Origin: a virus
Lineage: Duplodnaviria; Caudoviricetes
IMG/VR virus record: IMGVR_UViG_3300021425_000032
Location: 1,562 to 65,561 of that record
Length of the DNA: 64,000 bases
Direction: 5' to 3' (one strand)
Program-made: the position numbers and the translations under genes
Part shown: positions 9,745 through 20,354 of the stretch, piece by piece
How positions within the stretch are numbered: the first letter of the stretch is position 1
Layout: the number at the start of each line of letters is the position of its first letter
Notes under the pieces: model-generated
The model's input: the letters and a program-made list of their open reading frames with translations, nothing else
Databases searched by the model: none
What the model was told of the DNA's origin: nothing

Positions 9745-11324
9745 TGGCATTAAATTTTCCAGCAACACCAGATGTAGATGATACGTTTACTGACGGCACA
9801 ACTACATGGATTTGGGACGGTACTTCTTGGAACGTAGTTTCAGGTGGAGGAATATCTGCTGAACAGCCAGATGCATTTAAAACATTTACAGCAGACACAG
9901 GAACTACTACAGCAGATAACGAAAATGATTCTTTTGCTATAACAGGTGGTACTGACATAGTTACAGCAATAACTGGCGATGAAGTAAGTATTAGTTTTAA
10001 CGGTGCTGTTGGTGATCCTGATCAAAATGTATTTTCTCAAATTGATGCAGATGTAGGATCTATTTCAGCATCTACACCTACTGATACAGTAACATTTGAA
10101 GGCGGAACTAACGTAGCCACACAAATTGTAGGTAATACAATAACTATAAATGGTACTACACCTACACTTAGTATAAATGATTTAACTGATGTTGACACAA
10201 CTAATACAACCCCAGTTGCAGGAAATGTTTTAAAATGGGATGGTTCTAAATGGTCACCAGGACTTGATTCTACAACAGGTGGCGGCGGCACAGACGCCGA
10301 TACACTAGACGGACAAGACAGTGTTTACTTTTTAAATTATAATAACTTCATTAACACACCTACAATACCAGCAGATGTAAGCGACTTAACAGATACTACA
10401 AGTTTATTGTTTAGTGGCGATTTTGCAGACCTAGCAAATAAGCCAACTACAATAGCAGGTTACGGAATAACAGATGCGTTTGACGGATCATTTGCAAACT
10501 TATCAAATAGACCAACTACAATAGCAGGTTACGGAATTACTGATGCTGTTGAAGATTTTGCAGACTTAGGTACAACACCAACTACACTTTCAGGATATGG
10601 TATAACTGATGCATTAAGCACAAGTTCTAATCTTGCAGATTTAGCAGATGTTGGTAATGCTGTTCCTAGCACAGGTCAAGCATTGGTATGGTCAGGAACT
10701 GAATGGGGACCTGACACAGTAAGTGGTGGCGGAGGAGATCCAGACCAAAATTTATGGGAAACATTCAACGGTGATGCAGGATCAGTTACAGCAAGTTCTA
10801 CTACAGGCACGTTTACTTTTGCAGGCGGTACGAATATTAACACCACTGTAACAGGAACTCAAGTTAGAATAGATATGCCAGCAACACTAGGTGTTAGTAA
10901 GTATGACGATTTAGAAGAAGTTGTACGAACTGGTAGAACCATTGATAAAAGTTTTATGCCTGCTATGGCAATGATTAGAATGAATAACGTAGGTAATACA
11001 GCATATTCTGTTGACAGTCATGGGTATTCAGGAAACAATCCAACATTATATGCAATAGGTGGTATGACTATTGCGTTTGACTTAGATCAAATCGGAGGAC
11101 ATCCATTTGAAATACAAGATCCTACTGGAGGGGCATACAATACTGGATTATTCCATGTAGATATTATTGGTAACGTGACATCGGGATCAAACGCACAAGG
11201 CAAAGATGGCGGAACATTATACTGGGAAGTTCCTGAAACAATTTCGGGCAACTACAGATATCAATGTACATTGCACCCTGCAATGGTAGGTGCTATAACA
11301 ATTAAACGTATATCACAAATTTAA
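9744..11324 (+). CDS. Tail fibre protein with PTTIAGYGITDA repeats and a C-terminal cupredoxin-like domain
   Basis: MALNFP start, LKWDGSKW, DADTLDG, three PTT(I/L)(A/S)GYGITDA repeats, YQCTLHPAMVG. Confidence 0.8.
   Translation: MALNFPATPDVDDTFTDGTTTWIWDGTSWNVVSGGGISAEQPDAFKTFTADTGTTTADNENDSFAITGGTDIVTAITGDEVSISFNGAVGDPDQNVFSQIDADVGSISASTPTDTVTFEGGTNVATQIVGNTITINGTTPTLSINDLTDVDTTNTTPVAGNVLKWDGSKWSPGLDSTTGGGGTDADTLDGQDSVYFLNYNNFINTPTIPADVSDLTDTTSLLFSGDFADLANKPTTIAGYGITDAFDGSFANLSNRPTTIAGYGITDAVEDFADLGTTPTTLSGYGITDALSTSSNLADLADVGNAVPSTGQALVWSGTEWGPDTVSGGGGDPDQNLWETFNGDAGSVTASSTTGTFTFAGGTNINTTVTGTQVRIDMPATLGVSKYDDLEEVVRTGRTIDKSFMPAMAMIRMNNVGNTAYSVDSHGYSGNNPTLYAIGGMTIAFDLDQIGGHPFEIQDPTGGAYNTGLFHVDIIGNVTSGSNAQGKDGGTLYWEVPETISGNYRYQCTLHPAMVGAITIKRISQI
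10443..10537 (+). repeat. Exact 26-nt direct repeat inside the fibre gene
   Basis: CCAACTACAATAGCAGGTTACGGAAT at 10443-10468 and 10512-10537 (69-nt period). Confidence 0.9.
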
Positions 11325-11579
11325 TTGCTTAATAATTATTTCTATTTTTTCTTTAGTTTTAAACAGATTATGTTTAATATCGATTAGTTGTCGAGGTTTA
11401 ATATAGCCACCGCTACCACTTTGATGTCCTACATCAATATCATTACTTAAACTTTCAAACGTTTTTATGTAAGAACCTAGTTTGTCCTTAGTAGTGCCTT
11501 CTTGCAAATTATTATAAACAGACTGATATCTATTCATATCTTTAAGCCATTTTTCAGAAGTTGTTAATCTTGGAAACAT
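11313..11579 (-). CDS. Hypothetical protein
   Basis: Last ORF of the minus-strand neck operon. Confidence 0.65.
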   Translation of the reverse strand: MFPRLTTSEKWLKDMNRYQSVYNNLQEGTTKDKLGSYIKTFESLSNDIDVGHQSGSGGYIKPRQLIDIKHNLFKTKEKIEIIIKQLNL

Positions 11580-11582
11580 TGT

Positions 11583-11939
11583 TTATCCTACATTCTTAGA
11601 AGGCAATACAATAAATGTATCTTTATCATAATCGCCATTACTGGATTCAGTAATTGAACTGTCTGCTGACATTGCTTCTAAGCAACACGGCATTAGTGGA
11701 GGTACATGATGTGTTTGACCTTCTTGCAATACTGTTTCAAATAGTTGTCCAGTATCAGTGTCAATCCATCTTAGTTTAAAATGTCCTGTATTAACAAACC
11801 AAGTTTTTTCTTTTTTTACATTAAAAGAAAAGTTAGTTTTACTCCCGGGCCCTGTAAATGCTAATATCTTTGTACTATAATCATTAGTACTAGCAATAGT
11901 AAGTTCATGACCCCAATCATGTTTAGTTACGTCATTCAT
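11583..11939 (-). CDS. Cupin-fold protein
   Basis: WGHE...KEKTWFVNTG...HHVPP, a degenerate cupin. Confidence 0.6.
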   Translation of the reverse strand: MNDVTKHDWGHELTIASTNDYSTKILAFTGPGSKTNFSFNVKKEKTWFVNTGHFKLRWIDTDTGQLFETVLQEGQTHHVPPLMPCCLEAMSADSSITESSNGDYDKDTFIVLPSKNVG

Positions 11940-12372
11940 TAGTATCTATTACCTTTAATACTTCAACTATTGTGGTTAGTTTGTTTTGAATTGTTTTATT
12001 TTGCAAAGTGTTACGCAAACCGTGATGTAATGGCTTAGGCCATTTGCCTGCACTTACCCATGCATACCCGTCATGCTCTTTATTAAGAGTGGGTATAAAC
12101 TCATTGTCTACTACAATAAGATATGTATGAAAGAAAAAATGATTATCGTTACTAACAAAACTTTCTAAAGGAACAACTTTCTTGTAATCTACTTCGCCTA
12201 TTTCTTCGTGTATTTCTCTCTTTAGGCCTTCCCAAGGTGTTTCTTTATGTTCGTTAGTACCGCCAACAAGACCCCAAGAAACATTAGACTTGTTTCCTGT
12301 CCTATGTAAAAATAAAAATCTTTTAGTGTTTAAGGAGTAGAATAATGCTCCGCTACAAACAATCTCTTTCAT
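11932..12372 (-). CDS. NUDIX hydrolase
   Basis: Nudix box GGTNEHKETPWEGLKREIHEEIG; EHDGYAW. Confidence 0.88.
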   Translation of the reverse strand: MKEIVCSGALFYSLNTKRFLFLHRTGNKSNVSWGLVGGTNEHKETPWEGLKREIHEEIGEVDYKKVVPLESFVSNDNHFFFHTYLIVVDNEFIPTLNKEHDGYAWVSAGKWPKPLHHGLRNTLQNKTIQNKLTTIVEVLKVIDTNE

Positions 12373-12380
12373 ACTAATAA

Positions 12381-13907
12381 TTATGCATCAAGTAGTATGT
12401 TCCAGGTCGCTCCTGAGTATTCTCCTTCGTAGCTCTTAATCCAAAATTCACCATTCCATTTGTACTGTACACCAGTATTTAGATTGCTAACATATGTAGC
12501 AGGTGATCCGGTACTACCATCGTTAGCACCACTTGCATCAAACACAATATGCCATTTATTACCATCCCATTCGAGAATGTCGTATTCGCTTGCTACAAAG
12601 TCTGAACCATCTGCATTTTTCCACGCATCTGGACCATCAGTGTTTTCGCTATTACCTATATCACTTAAAATTAATAGACGTACACCTGCCGCTTTAACTT
12701 GATCTGGATTAAATCTAAGCGGATCAATAATATAATCAATTGTTGTTAAACTGTTACTGCTTCTTGCAGGTCCTGAAATAACTGTATCATCTGGTAACGA
12801 ATCACTATCAAAATCAATTACAATTTTAGTTTCATCTAATGGATTTATTGTAAATGTACCTGTTATATAAGTATCACCGACATCAGATTTTAGTAGTATT
12901 CTACTAACACCTGCTTGATATGTGCCCGGGTATGCTTCTACTAGTTCTGTCCAAGTAACGTCACCAACTTTATTTTTATATACTAGTTGTGCAACATCAT
13001 TTTCTACACTTAGTCCATAGTTTTGATACGTGCTACTAATACTTGTTTTATCAAATAAACGTTTAGTATCAAAGTCCATAAGTCCTGTACCTTGATTTGG
13101 AAATTCACCATCATCTACAGTTACTGAACTACCATCATTAATACCATCAATTGGACCTGTGTTTACTCTTGTTACAAATGTAGGTTCAGTGCCGTCTATT
13201 TGTCCTGCAACAGTAGCACCTAAATTAATATCGCCTTGTTGTTCATTAAATATATTAGATATAATACTTGTTGTAACGCCTAAACGTTTTACTTTAGCAG
13301 GAGGTGTTAAGTATATAGGTGTGCTAAACTGTAGATTAGCAACATCAATTTCACTATCTACACCAACAGGTATTGATCTAGAACTAAATGTTATGCCTTC
13401 CATGTTAACAACGGTTAAACTTGTCCAGTCCAAATAATTGTCAGTAGTTTGTATTTCAAAACTAGGATTAAACAATACTAATATTTGTTCTAGTATCTGT
13501 AATTTTTGTTCTGTATTAGAAGCCCAAATATCAGCACTTACTTTTAGAGTATATGGTGCTGGCATATGTCGTTCTACTGTGTAGTTTTTACCTTGTGTAT
13601 TAAGATACTGTCCTGTAGCACTGTCATATGTGCGTTCACGTATATGTCTTTTACTAATTAGACTTGAGTCAGCGGTTCTGTCTCTATCCATTTCTAATCC
13701 TGTAACATAAACAGCCATACGTGGCGCTGTAGGAATTTTGTTTTCTGAATTATCTCTAATTATGCTTGCAACTTGTCTTGTTAAATCACCATACATAACT
13801 GGAACTTGTTTTTCGTTACCGTGTGCATCTTGCACATTAAAGTTACTCAACATTCTAATAAGTTGAGTTATGTATCTTCTTATTTGTGCATCATAGAAAA
13901 ATTGCAT
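12381..13907 (-). CDS. Tail sheath stabiliser/terminator (T4 gp15-like) with C-terminal extension
   Basis: FFYD..IRRY, VPVMYG, PRMA, PAPY, QILEQILVLFNPSF; adjacent to neck genes. Confidence 0.75.
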   Translation of the reverse strand: MQFFYDAQIRRYITQLIRMLSNFNVQDAHGNEKQVPVMYGDLTRQVASIIRDNSENKIPTAPRMAVYVTGLEMDRDRTADSSLISKRHIRERTYDSATGQYLNTQGKNYTVERHMPAPYTLKVSADIWASNTEQKLQILEQILVLFNPSFEIQTTDNYLDWTSLTVVNMEGITFSSRSIPVGVDSEIDVANLQFSTPIYLTPPAKVKRLGVTTSIISNIFNEQQGDINLGATVAGQIDGTEPTFVTRVNTGPIDGINDGSSVTVDDGEFPNQGTGLMDFDTKRLFDKTSISSTYQNYGLSVENDVAQLVYKNKVGDVTWTELVEAYPGTYQAGVSRILLKSDVGDTYITGTFTINPLDETKIVIDFDSDSLPDDTVISGPARSSNSLTTIDYIIDPLRFNPDQVKAAGVRLLILSDIGNSENTDGPDAWKNADGSDFVASEYDILEWDGNKWHIVFDASGANDGSTGSPATYVSNLNTGVQYKWNGEFWIKSYEGEYSGATWNILLDA

Positions 13908-15130
13908 TATACATCATCCGCTTTTGGTCTTAAGGCTTTACTTAGTGCCTGTCTTTCTGTTACAGTTTCGTCACCAATAACATCAGTATTAGTATTATTA
14001 ATAAACGTACCAATTTGATTTAGTCTTTGATCAGTGTTGGTCATTGTCATTCTAATATTATCTTGTACCTTAAGCCATCTTGACCCATCAAACTTAAACA
14101 ACCTATTAGGTAAAAAGTCTGTACGTAAAAAGTAATCACCTGCTTCATTAATAGCAGGAAAACTTGTGCCACTACCAAACGCTGCTCCGTTTGGCGGTTG
14201 TCCATCTTCAATAAGGTAGCCAGCATAACCACTTCTATTTGGTTTACCAGCGTCTTTGTCGTCAACAGTATTAATTCTAGTTTTACCAGATTCATCTGAG
14301 TCTATTGTATAATAGTGTCCTACATCGTAACCTGACTTAGGAGCGTCTGCTTCTGCTTCAGCAAGTACAGCATCATTAATTGATTTTTCTTTTTCATATG
14401 TGCTTAGTAAATCTCTAAGAGTGTTCTCAGTATACTCTGCCCAATTAAAAACGTCTGTAGGTGTGTTTCCTACTGTCTGTGCTGTGGCTTGATATAGTTT
14501 GCCTTTGTACTTTACAACTTGACCAATTTCGTAAGTTGTAGTTGTACTATAATCACCCATAAAGATATCTTCGTCTTCTGGTGTTTCTAATATATCTGCA
14601 AACTCTTGACTGTCAACAATTTGTTTTAATTTAATTCTGTACAAGTGTGGATACCACGTTGGTGAAAAGCCTTCAGCGGCTCTGTTTACATCTTCAACTA
14701 CATAGTATCGTTTTAAACTAGTTGCAAAATCATTCTCTGCATGCTCGTCTTTTAAGTGAGGAAGTTCTATAACATCACCTGGCATTATTTTTCTACCTAG
14801 TGATGACACACTTGATGTAATGTGTATAGTCATAAACAATGTATCATTAGATAAGAATAAACCAAATTGGCTTAGATCAAAATCAATATCTTGTACGTTG
14901 TATATGCCTCTAATAGTATAGATATCGTCATCATATTTTCTGTCTCTATTTTCTAAAAACAGAATATCTTGAATCTGAGTATTGTCTTTAACAACTTCTC
15001 CATCATCAGTACCTATATATTTGTGTATATTAATATCAGTACCGCCAATAGTAAACATTTCATAGATCCTTTGATCCATAAATTTGTAGTCGTTGCCCTT
15101 TTCTGGTTTATATAATGATAGTCTTGGCAT
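13907..15130 (-). CDS. Neck protein (T4 gp14-like)
   Basis: LFLENRDRKY, LSQFGLFL, GDVIELPH; start moved to MPRLS at 15130, after a TAAATA promoter. Confidence 0.7.
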   Translation of the reverse strand: MPRLSLYKPEKGNDYKFMDQRIYEMFTIGGTDINIHKYIGTDDGEVVKDNTQIQDILFLENRDRKYDDDIYTIRGIYNVQDIDFDLSQFGLFLSNDTLFMTIHITSSVSSLGRKIMPGDVIELPHLKDEHAENDFATSLKRYYVVEDVNRAAEGFSPTWYPHLYRIKLKQIVDSQEFADILETPEDEDIFMGDYSTTTTYEIGQVVKYKGKLYQATAQTVGNTPTDVFNWAEYTENTLRDLLSTYEKEKSINDAVLAEAEADAPKSGYDVGHYYTIDSDESGKTRINTVDDKDAGKPNRSGYAGYLIEDGQPPNGAAFGSGTSFPAINEAGDYFLRTDFLPNRLFKFDGSRWLKVQDNIRMTMTNTDQRLNQIGTFINNTNTDVIGDETVTERQALSKALRPKADDV

Positions 15131-15135
15131 ATACA

Positions 15136-15156
15136 TATTTATCGATACGATAAATA
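15136..15156. promoter_or_regulatory. Back-to-back late promoters forming the inverted repeat TATTTATCG-ATA-CGATAAATA
   Basis: TAAATA on both strands between the divergent neck genes. Confidence 0.8.
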
Positions 15157-15175
15157 CTATTGGAGAACAAGACAT

Positions 15176-15940
15176 ATGGCTACAGGTATAACTACACAAA
15201 AACAAGAGATATTTGACTATGTTAACGCATTTTTAGGCGGAGGCATGGTTGATGTTGAGCTTGATCCGATTCATTACGAGTCTGCTTTAACAAAAGCACT
15301 TACAAAATATAGACAAAGAACAGATCATGCTGTAGAAGAGTCATACTTGTTCTTAACACTTACTGAAGATCAAAATGAGTACATATTACCAAATGAGATT
15401 ATTGAAGTAAGAAAGTTATTCCGTAGATCAATTGGTTCACGTAGTGGTAATGCTGGCGGTAGTTCAATGTTTGAACCATTTAACTTAGCATTTACAAATA
15501 CATACCTACTAAGTGGCTCAACACAAATGGGCGGTTTAGCAACATATGATATGTTTGCAGGCTACCAAGAACTTGTAGGACGTATGTTTGGATCTTTTAT
15601 AGAATTTAAATGGAATACAACAACTAAAAAATTAACAATATTACAACGTCCAAGAGGCGAAGAAGAAGTGTTAATTTATGCATACAACTATAGACCAGAC
15701 GATCAATTGTTTCAAGACTATCTTGCAAAGCAATGGATCAAAGATTACACACTAGCATCATGTAAGTATATGTTAGGTGAAGCACGTAGTAAATTTGCAA
15801 CAGTAGCAGGACCACAAGGCGGCACATCATTAAACGGTGACAGCCTCAAAGCAGAAGCACAACAAGAAATGGACAAGTTAGAACAAGACTTAGCATTACA
15901 AGTTGCAGGTGGTGTAGGCTACGGATTCTTGATTGGCTAA
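15176..15940 (+). CDS. Neck protein (T4 gp13-like)
   Basis: LGGGMVDVEL, WIKDYTLA, KF.TVAGPQGGTSLNG, GFLIG end. Confidence 0.8.
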   Translation: MATGITTQKQEIFDYVNAFLGGGMVDVELDPIHYESALTKALTKYRQRTDHAVEESYLFLTLTEDQNEYILPNEIIEVRKLFRRSIGSRSGNAGGSSMFEPFNLAFTNTYLLSGSTQMGGLATYDMFAGYQELVGRMFGSFIEFKWNTTTKKLTILQRPRGEEEVLIYAYNYRPDDQLFQDYLAKQWIKDYTLASCKYMLGEARSKFATVAGPQGGTSLNGDSLKAEAQQEMDKLEQDLALQVAGGVGYGFLIG

Positions 15941-16127
15941 GCCCACACATAGAGAAGCCTGTAGGCTTTTTTATATGGTCAAAGGCCATCTTCCAAATAA
16001 TATGAACACAATTTACGATTCGTACGATGGCTACTTTAGACGTTTGTGGGGTAACCACGAAAATGTATATCACGAAGACGGATTTGAAGAAGAATACCAG
16101 AAATTACTTGACAAACAAAATAAATGA
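15933..16127 (+). CDS. Hypothetical protein
   Basis: TTG start overlapping the neck-gene stop. Confidence 0.5.
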   Translation: MAKPTHREACRLFYMVKGHLPNNMNTIYDSYDGYFRRLWGNHENVYHEDGFEEEYQKLLDKQNK

Positions 16128-16136
16128 CTTTATACT
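16108..16136 (+). promoter_or_regulatory. Sigma70-type promoter
   Basis: TTGACA-17nt-TATACT upstream of the dNMP kinase. Confidence 0.8.
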
Positions 16137-16162
16137 GTATAGATAATTAAGGAGTCATTATT

Positions 16163-16723
16163 TTGTTACCCAAATTACTAATCGTTGGTCACGGCCGTCA
16201 CGGTAAAGATACTGTATGCGAAATGTTAGAGCAATACGGTTATACATTTCAATCATCATCTAAATTTTGTTCAGAACTTTTTATCTTTAATGATCTAAAA
16301 GAGCAATATAACTATGCCAATGAGGAAGAGTGTTATGCTGATAGGCATAATCATCGCACAGAATGGTACAACATGATACATGGTTATTGTAAAGACGATT
16401 TGGCAAAGTTAGGGCGTAACTTATTTGCCCAACATGATATCTATTGTGGGTTACGTAATAAGAGAGAATTTTTTGCAATGCAAAATGAGGAAATATTTGA
16501 TTATGCTATTTGGGTAGATAGAGCAGATCATTTACCACTAGAAGATCCTAGCTCTATGAGCATCGAACAATGGATGTGTGATTATACAATAGATAATAAT
16601 GGCGACTTAGCACGTTTACAAAAAAATGTTGATGTTTTAATTAAAACAATATTTAAAAATCAGGGACTAAGTCACCCTGTTTCCACACAACTCCCTCTTT
16701 TTGGAGAGTTCTCTGGCAGTTAG
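16163..16723 (+). CDS. Deoxynucleoside monophosphate kinase-like P-loop protein
   Basis: GHGRHGKDT P-loop, GLRNKRE, DYTIDNNGDL; AAGGAG SD. Confidence 0.7.
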   Translation: MLPKLLIVGHGRHGKDTVCEMLEQYGYTFQSSSKFCSELFIFNDLKEQYNYANEEECYADRHNHRTEWYNMIHGYCKDDLAKLGRNLFAQHDIYCGLRNKREFFAMQNEEIFDYAIWVDRADHLPLEDPSSMSIEQWMCDYTIDNNGDLARLQKNVDVLIKTIFKNQGLSHPVSTQLPLFGEFSGS

Positions 16724-16994
16724 CACAGATAGTTTTTAAGTTAGTAGGACGGCAATTTTCAAGTCGACCGTCAATATGATATACATCAAACTGTTCACTG
16801 TTTTTTGATTTATATCCACACTTTTCACATTCATTCTTTTTTACATATCCGTATTGTTGCCAGCGAGGTACACCTTTGCCTGGTCCGCTATATCTAGAAC
16901 AACTTTCGCACTTACTTCTATAGTAAGGCTTATTGTCTTTATAATAGTTAATAGCACATGGTTTACTTTTGCAATTTTTACACAACGGTCTCAT
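16653..16994 (-). CDS. HNH-like zinc-binding endonuclease
   Basis: Four CxxC pairs; VYHIDG..NC..TNLKTICANC. Confidence 0.75.
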   Translation of the reverse strand: MRPLCKNCKSKPCAINYYKDNKPYYRSKCESCSRYSGPGKGVPRWQQYGYVKKNECEKCGYKSKNSEQFDVYHIDGRLENCRPTNLKTICANCQRTLQKEGVVWKQGDLVPDF

Positions 16995-17102
16995 ACTATT
17001 ATTTACCTGCCCTTTTCGGTCCCTTTTTATAGGTGTTTATCACAGCCAATTTGCAAATATCTGCTAAATAACTATAACAACTACTCAACAGGAGAAAGAA
17101 AA

Positions 17103-20100
17103 ATGGCATTATCATCACCAGGTGTAGAAGTCAAGGTAATAGACGAAAGTTTTTATACCCCAGCTGAACCAGGCACCGTACCAATGATTTTTGTTGCTTC
17201 CGCAGAAAATAAAACTAACGGAAGTGGCACAGGAACAGCAGAAGGAACGCTAAAAGCAAACGCTGGCAAACCTTACTTGCTTACTTCACAAAGGGAATTA
17301 GCTGAAACATTCGGCGATCCAGTTTTTTATACAGATTCAAATAACAACCCAGTACACGGCGGAGAGCTAAACGAATATGGTTTACAAGCTGCTTACTCGT
17401 TACTAGGTGTTAGCAATAGAGTTTATGTAACTCGTGCAGATATTGACTTAGGTGTTTTAACACCAACAGCTGATGAACCAAAAGATAGTCCAGCAGATGG
17501 AACAAATTGGTTTGATACTAATGACAGTTCATATGGTATTTTTGAGTGGAACAGCTCACCAAAGAACGTAACAGGCGGTCAATCATTTAGCGTAAGAACT
17601 CCAATTATTATTACAGATACAACTAAATTAGACGGCAACGGTGATCCTAAAGAGTCAGTTGGAAACATAGGTGATTATGCAGTAAAAGCAACAACCGATG
17701 TCATAAGAGTATACTACAGAAACTACACAGGTAGTTGGGTTAAAGTTGGCTCAACAGCGTGGATTAATTCACACTATGTAGCACAAGGTACAGCATCAAA
17801 CCCAACACTTGGTGCAGGAACAAACTTAACTATTACTGTAGGGTCTGGTTCGCCAATTACAGTAGCAGAAGGTAGTGACTTAGCAGATACAGTTTCAACA
17901 GCAAACGCAGATGCAAGTTTCCAGTCAGCAGGAATTAGTTTTGCAGCAATAGACGGTAAATTTAGCATATTCAATGATGGGTCAGGCGATGAAAGAATTA
18001 CTATTGCTGACACAGACGGCTTGCTTGGCAAACTAGGTTTAACAGCAGGAACATTTGATGCACCTAAATTACAAATTAGTGCTCACACAAGTGTACCTGA
18101 ATTTAAATCAGGTGACACAACACCGCGCCCAACAGGCAGTGTTTGGTTAAAAACTACTGAGCCTAATCAGGGTGCAAATTGGAAATACAAGCGTTATAAT
18201 GCTAACACAGCATTGTTTGATAATATTTCAGCACCAATTTATCCTTCATCAGCAGCGGCTTTATATTGGTTAGATAGAAGTGGCGGAGGCGTTAACTTAC
18301 CAGCAGGAACTACTTTTGTAAAATCAAATGCAGAAGATGCAACATCAGTTGAAGGTGCATTTACAATCTTTAGTCGTGCTAACACAGGTGCAACTACTAT
18401 TACAGGTAGTGCTATAACAGCAGCCACATTTAGTGCTCAAGCATATGCATTTAATATTGCAGAAACAGACGCAGGTAGTAATGCATTAGGTTCACCTGTA
18501 ACAATTAGTTTTACAGCCACAGGCGCTGTAGGCGATGCAGACTTAATGGCAGGTGCTATTAATAGTTCAGCATTAGAAAATATTCAAGCAGAAGTAACAT
18601 CAGACAACAAGCTAGTTGTTAAACACACACAAGGTGGTGACTTTACTATTGCAGATACAGACGGTGGCTTTGCAGCTGCAGGCTTTGTAGCATTTGTAGT
18701 AGGTAATCCAAGTACAACAACTAACTTGTACAACAGAAATAGTGTACTAACAGCAAGTAACTGGAAGAAAGCAGTATTCACAGCAAGTGATGATGCTCCA
18801 GGTGCATTAGCTGCACAAGGCGCACTTTGGTACAATAGTGTTGTTGACGAGGTTGACATGATGATTCACGATGGTACAACTTGGGTAGGCTATCAGAACT
18901 TTAGTTCAGACTATGCAAACACTAACCCAACTGGTCCAATTGTTTCAGCAACAGAGCCAACACAACAGTCAGATGCAACAGCATTAGTTGATGGCGATCT
19001 TTGGATTAGCACAGCGGATTTAGAAAACTATCCATTAGTTTACAGATATGACGGTGTTAACTTAGCATGGGCATTAGTAGACGTTACAGACCAAACAACT
19101 GAAAACGGTGTACTATTTGCAGATGCACGTTATAACACAGCAGGTGCTAACGCAGACGAAGCTGGTAGTATTGTTGACTTGTTAACAAACAACTACTTAG
19201 ATCCAGATGCTCCAGACCCAGCACTATATCCAAAAGGTATGTTGCTATGGAATTTACGTAGAAGCGGATTTAATGTAAAACGTTTTGAGCGTAACTATAT
19301 AGACATTAATGGCACAAATGGTAGATTTAATAATGACGAATCAATGGACAGTTACTATCCACACAGATGGGTAACTGAGTCAGGCAACCAAGCTGATGGT
19401 TCAGGTAGCTTTGGACGTAAAGCACAGCGTAAAGTTGTTATACAAGCGTTACAGGCTATGGTTAATAGTAATGATGATATTAGAGATGATGAGTCAAGAC
19501 TATTTAATGTTATGGCAACACCAGCATATCCAGAACTAATTGGCGAAATGGTATCACTAAATTATGATAGAGGTCTAAGTGCATTTATCGTAGGTGATAG
19601 CCCAATGAGATTAACACCAGATGCTACTTCACTAAATGAATGGGCAACTAACGTTCGTAAGGCTGTAGAAGATAACGACGATGGCTTAGTAAGTTTCGAC
19701 GAATACTTAGGCATTTACTATCCAGCAGGATTTACAAGTGATAACGCAGGTAACAACATTGTTGTTCCAGCATCACACATGGCGTTAAGAACTATTGCAC
19801 TAAGTGACCAAGTATCGTTTCCATGGTTTGCACCAGCAGGTACAAGACGTGGTGGCGTAACTAACGCAACAGCAGCAGGTTATATTAATAGCGAAGGCGA
19901 ATTTGTAAGTGTAGCACTTAACGAAGGTCAAAGAGATACACTTTACGCACAAGCAATTAACCCAGTTACATTCCTAAGCGGAAGCGGATTGGTTGTATTT
20001 GGACAGAAGACAAGAGCAAGAAATGCAAGTGCATTGGATAGAATCAATGTAGCACGTTTAGTTGTATACTTACGTAGTCAACTTAACAAACTTGCAAAAC

Positions 20101-20354
20101 CATACTTGTTTGAACCAAATGATAAAATTACAAGAGATGAGATCAAAGGTGCAGCAGAAAGTCTAATGTTAGAACTTGTTGGACAAAGAGCACTTTATGA
20201 CTTCCTAGTTGTATGTGATGAATCAAACAACACACCAAGTAGAATAGATCGTAATGAACTATATCTTGACATTGCAATTGAACCAGTTAAGGCTGTAGAA
20301 TTTATTTACATTCCACTTAGACTTAAAAATACAGGAGAAATTGCAGGACTTTAA
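17103..20354 (+). CDS. gp18: Contractile tail sheath protein
   Basis: SPGVEVKVID start, PWFAPAG.RRG, RINVARL, LFEPND, CDESNN; true start 17103 (AGGAGA SD, TAAATA at 17065). Confidence 0.95.
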   Translation: MALSSPGVEVKVIDESFYTPAEPGTVPMIFVASAENKTNGSGTGTAEGTLKANAGKPYLLTSQRELAETFGDPVFYTDSNNNPVHGGELNEYGLQAAYSLLGVSNRVYVTRADIDLGVLTPTADEPKDSPADGTNWFDTNDSSYGIFEWNSSPKNVTGGQSFSVRTPIIITDTTKLDGNGDPKESVGNIGDYAVKATTDVIRVYYRNYTGSWVKVGSTAWINSHYVAQGTASNPTLGAGTNLTITVGSGSPITVAEGSDLADTVSTANADASFQSAGISFAAIDGKFSIFNDGSGDERITIADTDGLLGKLGLTAGTFDAPKLQISAHTSVPEFKSGDTTPRPTGSVWLKTTEPNQGANWKYKRYNANTALFDNISAPIYPSSAAALYWLDRSGGGVNLPAGTTFVKSNAEDATSVEGAFTIFSRANTGATTITGSAITAATFSAQAYAFNIAETDAGSNALGSPVTISFTATGAVGDADLMAGAINSSALENIQAEVTSDNKLVVKHTQGGDFTIADTDGGFAAAGFVAFVVGNPSTTTNLYNRNSVLTASNWKKAVFTASDDAPGALAAQGALWYNSVVDEVDMMIHDGTTWVGYQNFSSDYANTNPTGPIVSATEPTQQSDATALVDGDLWISTADLENYPLVYRYDGVNLAWALVDVTDQTTENGVLFADARYNTAGANADEAGSIVDLLTNNYLDPDAPDPALYPKGMLLWNLRRSGFNVKRFERNYIDINGTNGRFNNDESMDSYYPHRWVTESGNQADGSGSFGRKAQRKVVIQALQAMVNSNDDIRDDESRLFNVMATPAYPELIGEMVSLNYDRGLSAFIVGDSPMRLTPDATSLNEWATNVRKAVEDNDDGLVSFDEYLGIYYPAGFTSDNAGNNIVVPASHMALRTIALSDQVSFPWFAPAGTRRGGVTNATAAGYINSEGEFVSVALNEGQRDTLYAQAINPVTFLSGSGLVVFGQKTRARNASALDRINVARLVVYLRSQLNKLAKPYLFEPNDKITRDEIKGAAESLMLELVGQRALYDFLVVCDESNNTPSRIDRNELYLDIAIEPVKAVEFIYIPLRLKNTGEIAGL

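Noticed and set aside
10443-10610. Direct repeats as a CRISPR array or diversity-generating retroelement
   Set aside because: In-frame repeats encoding a common fibre motif; no cas or reverse transcriptase gene in the window.
16854-17102. 83-aa N-terminal extension of the tail sheath in the ORF track
   Set aside because: It overlaps the HNH gene; promoter, SD and the SPGV motif all point to 17103.
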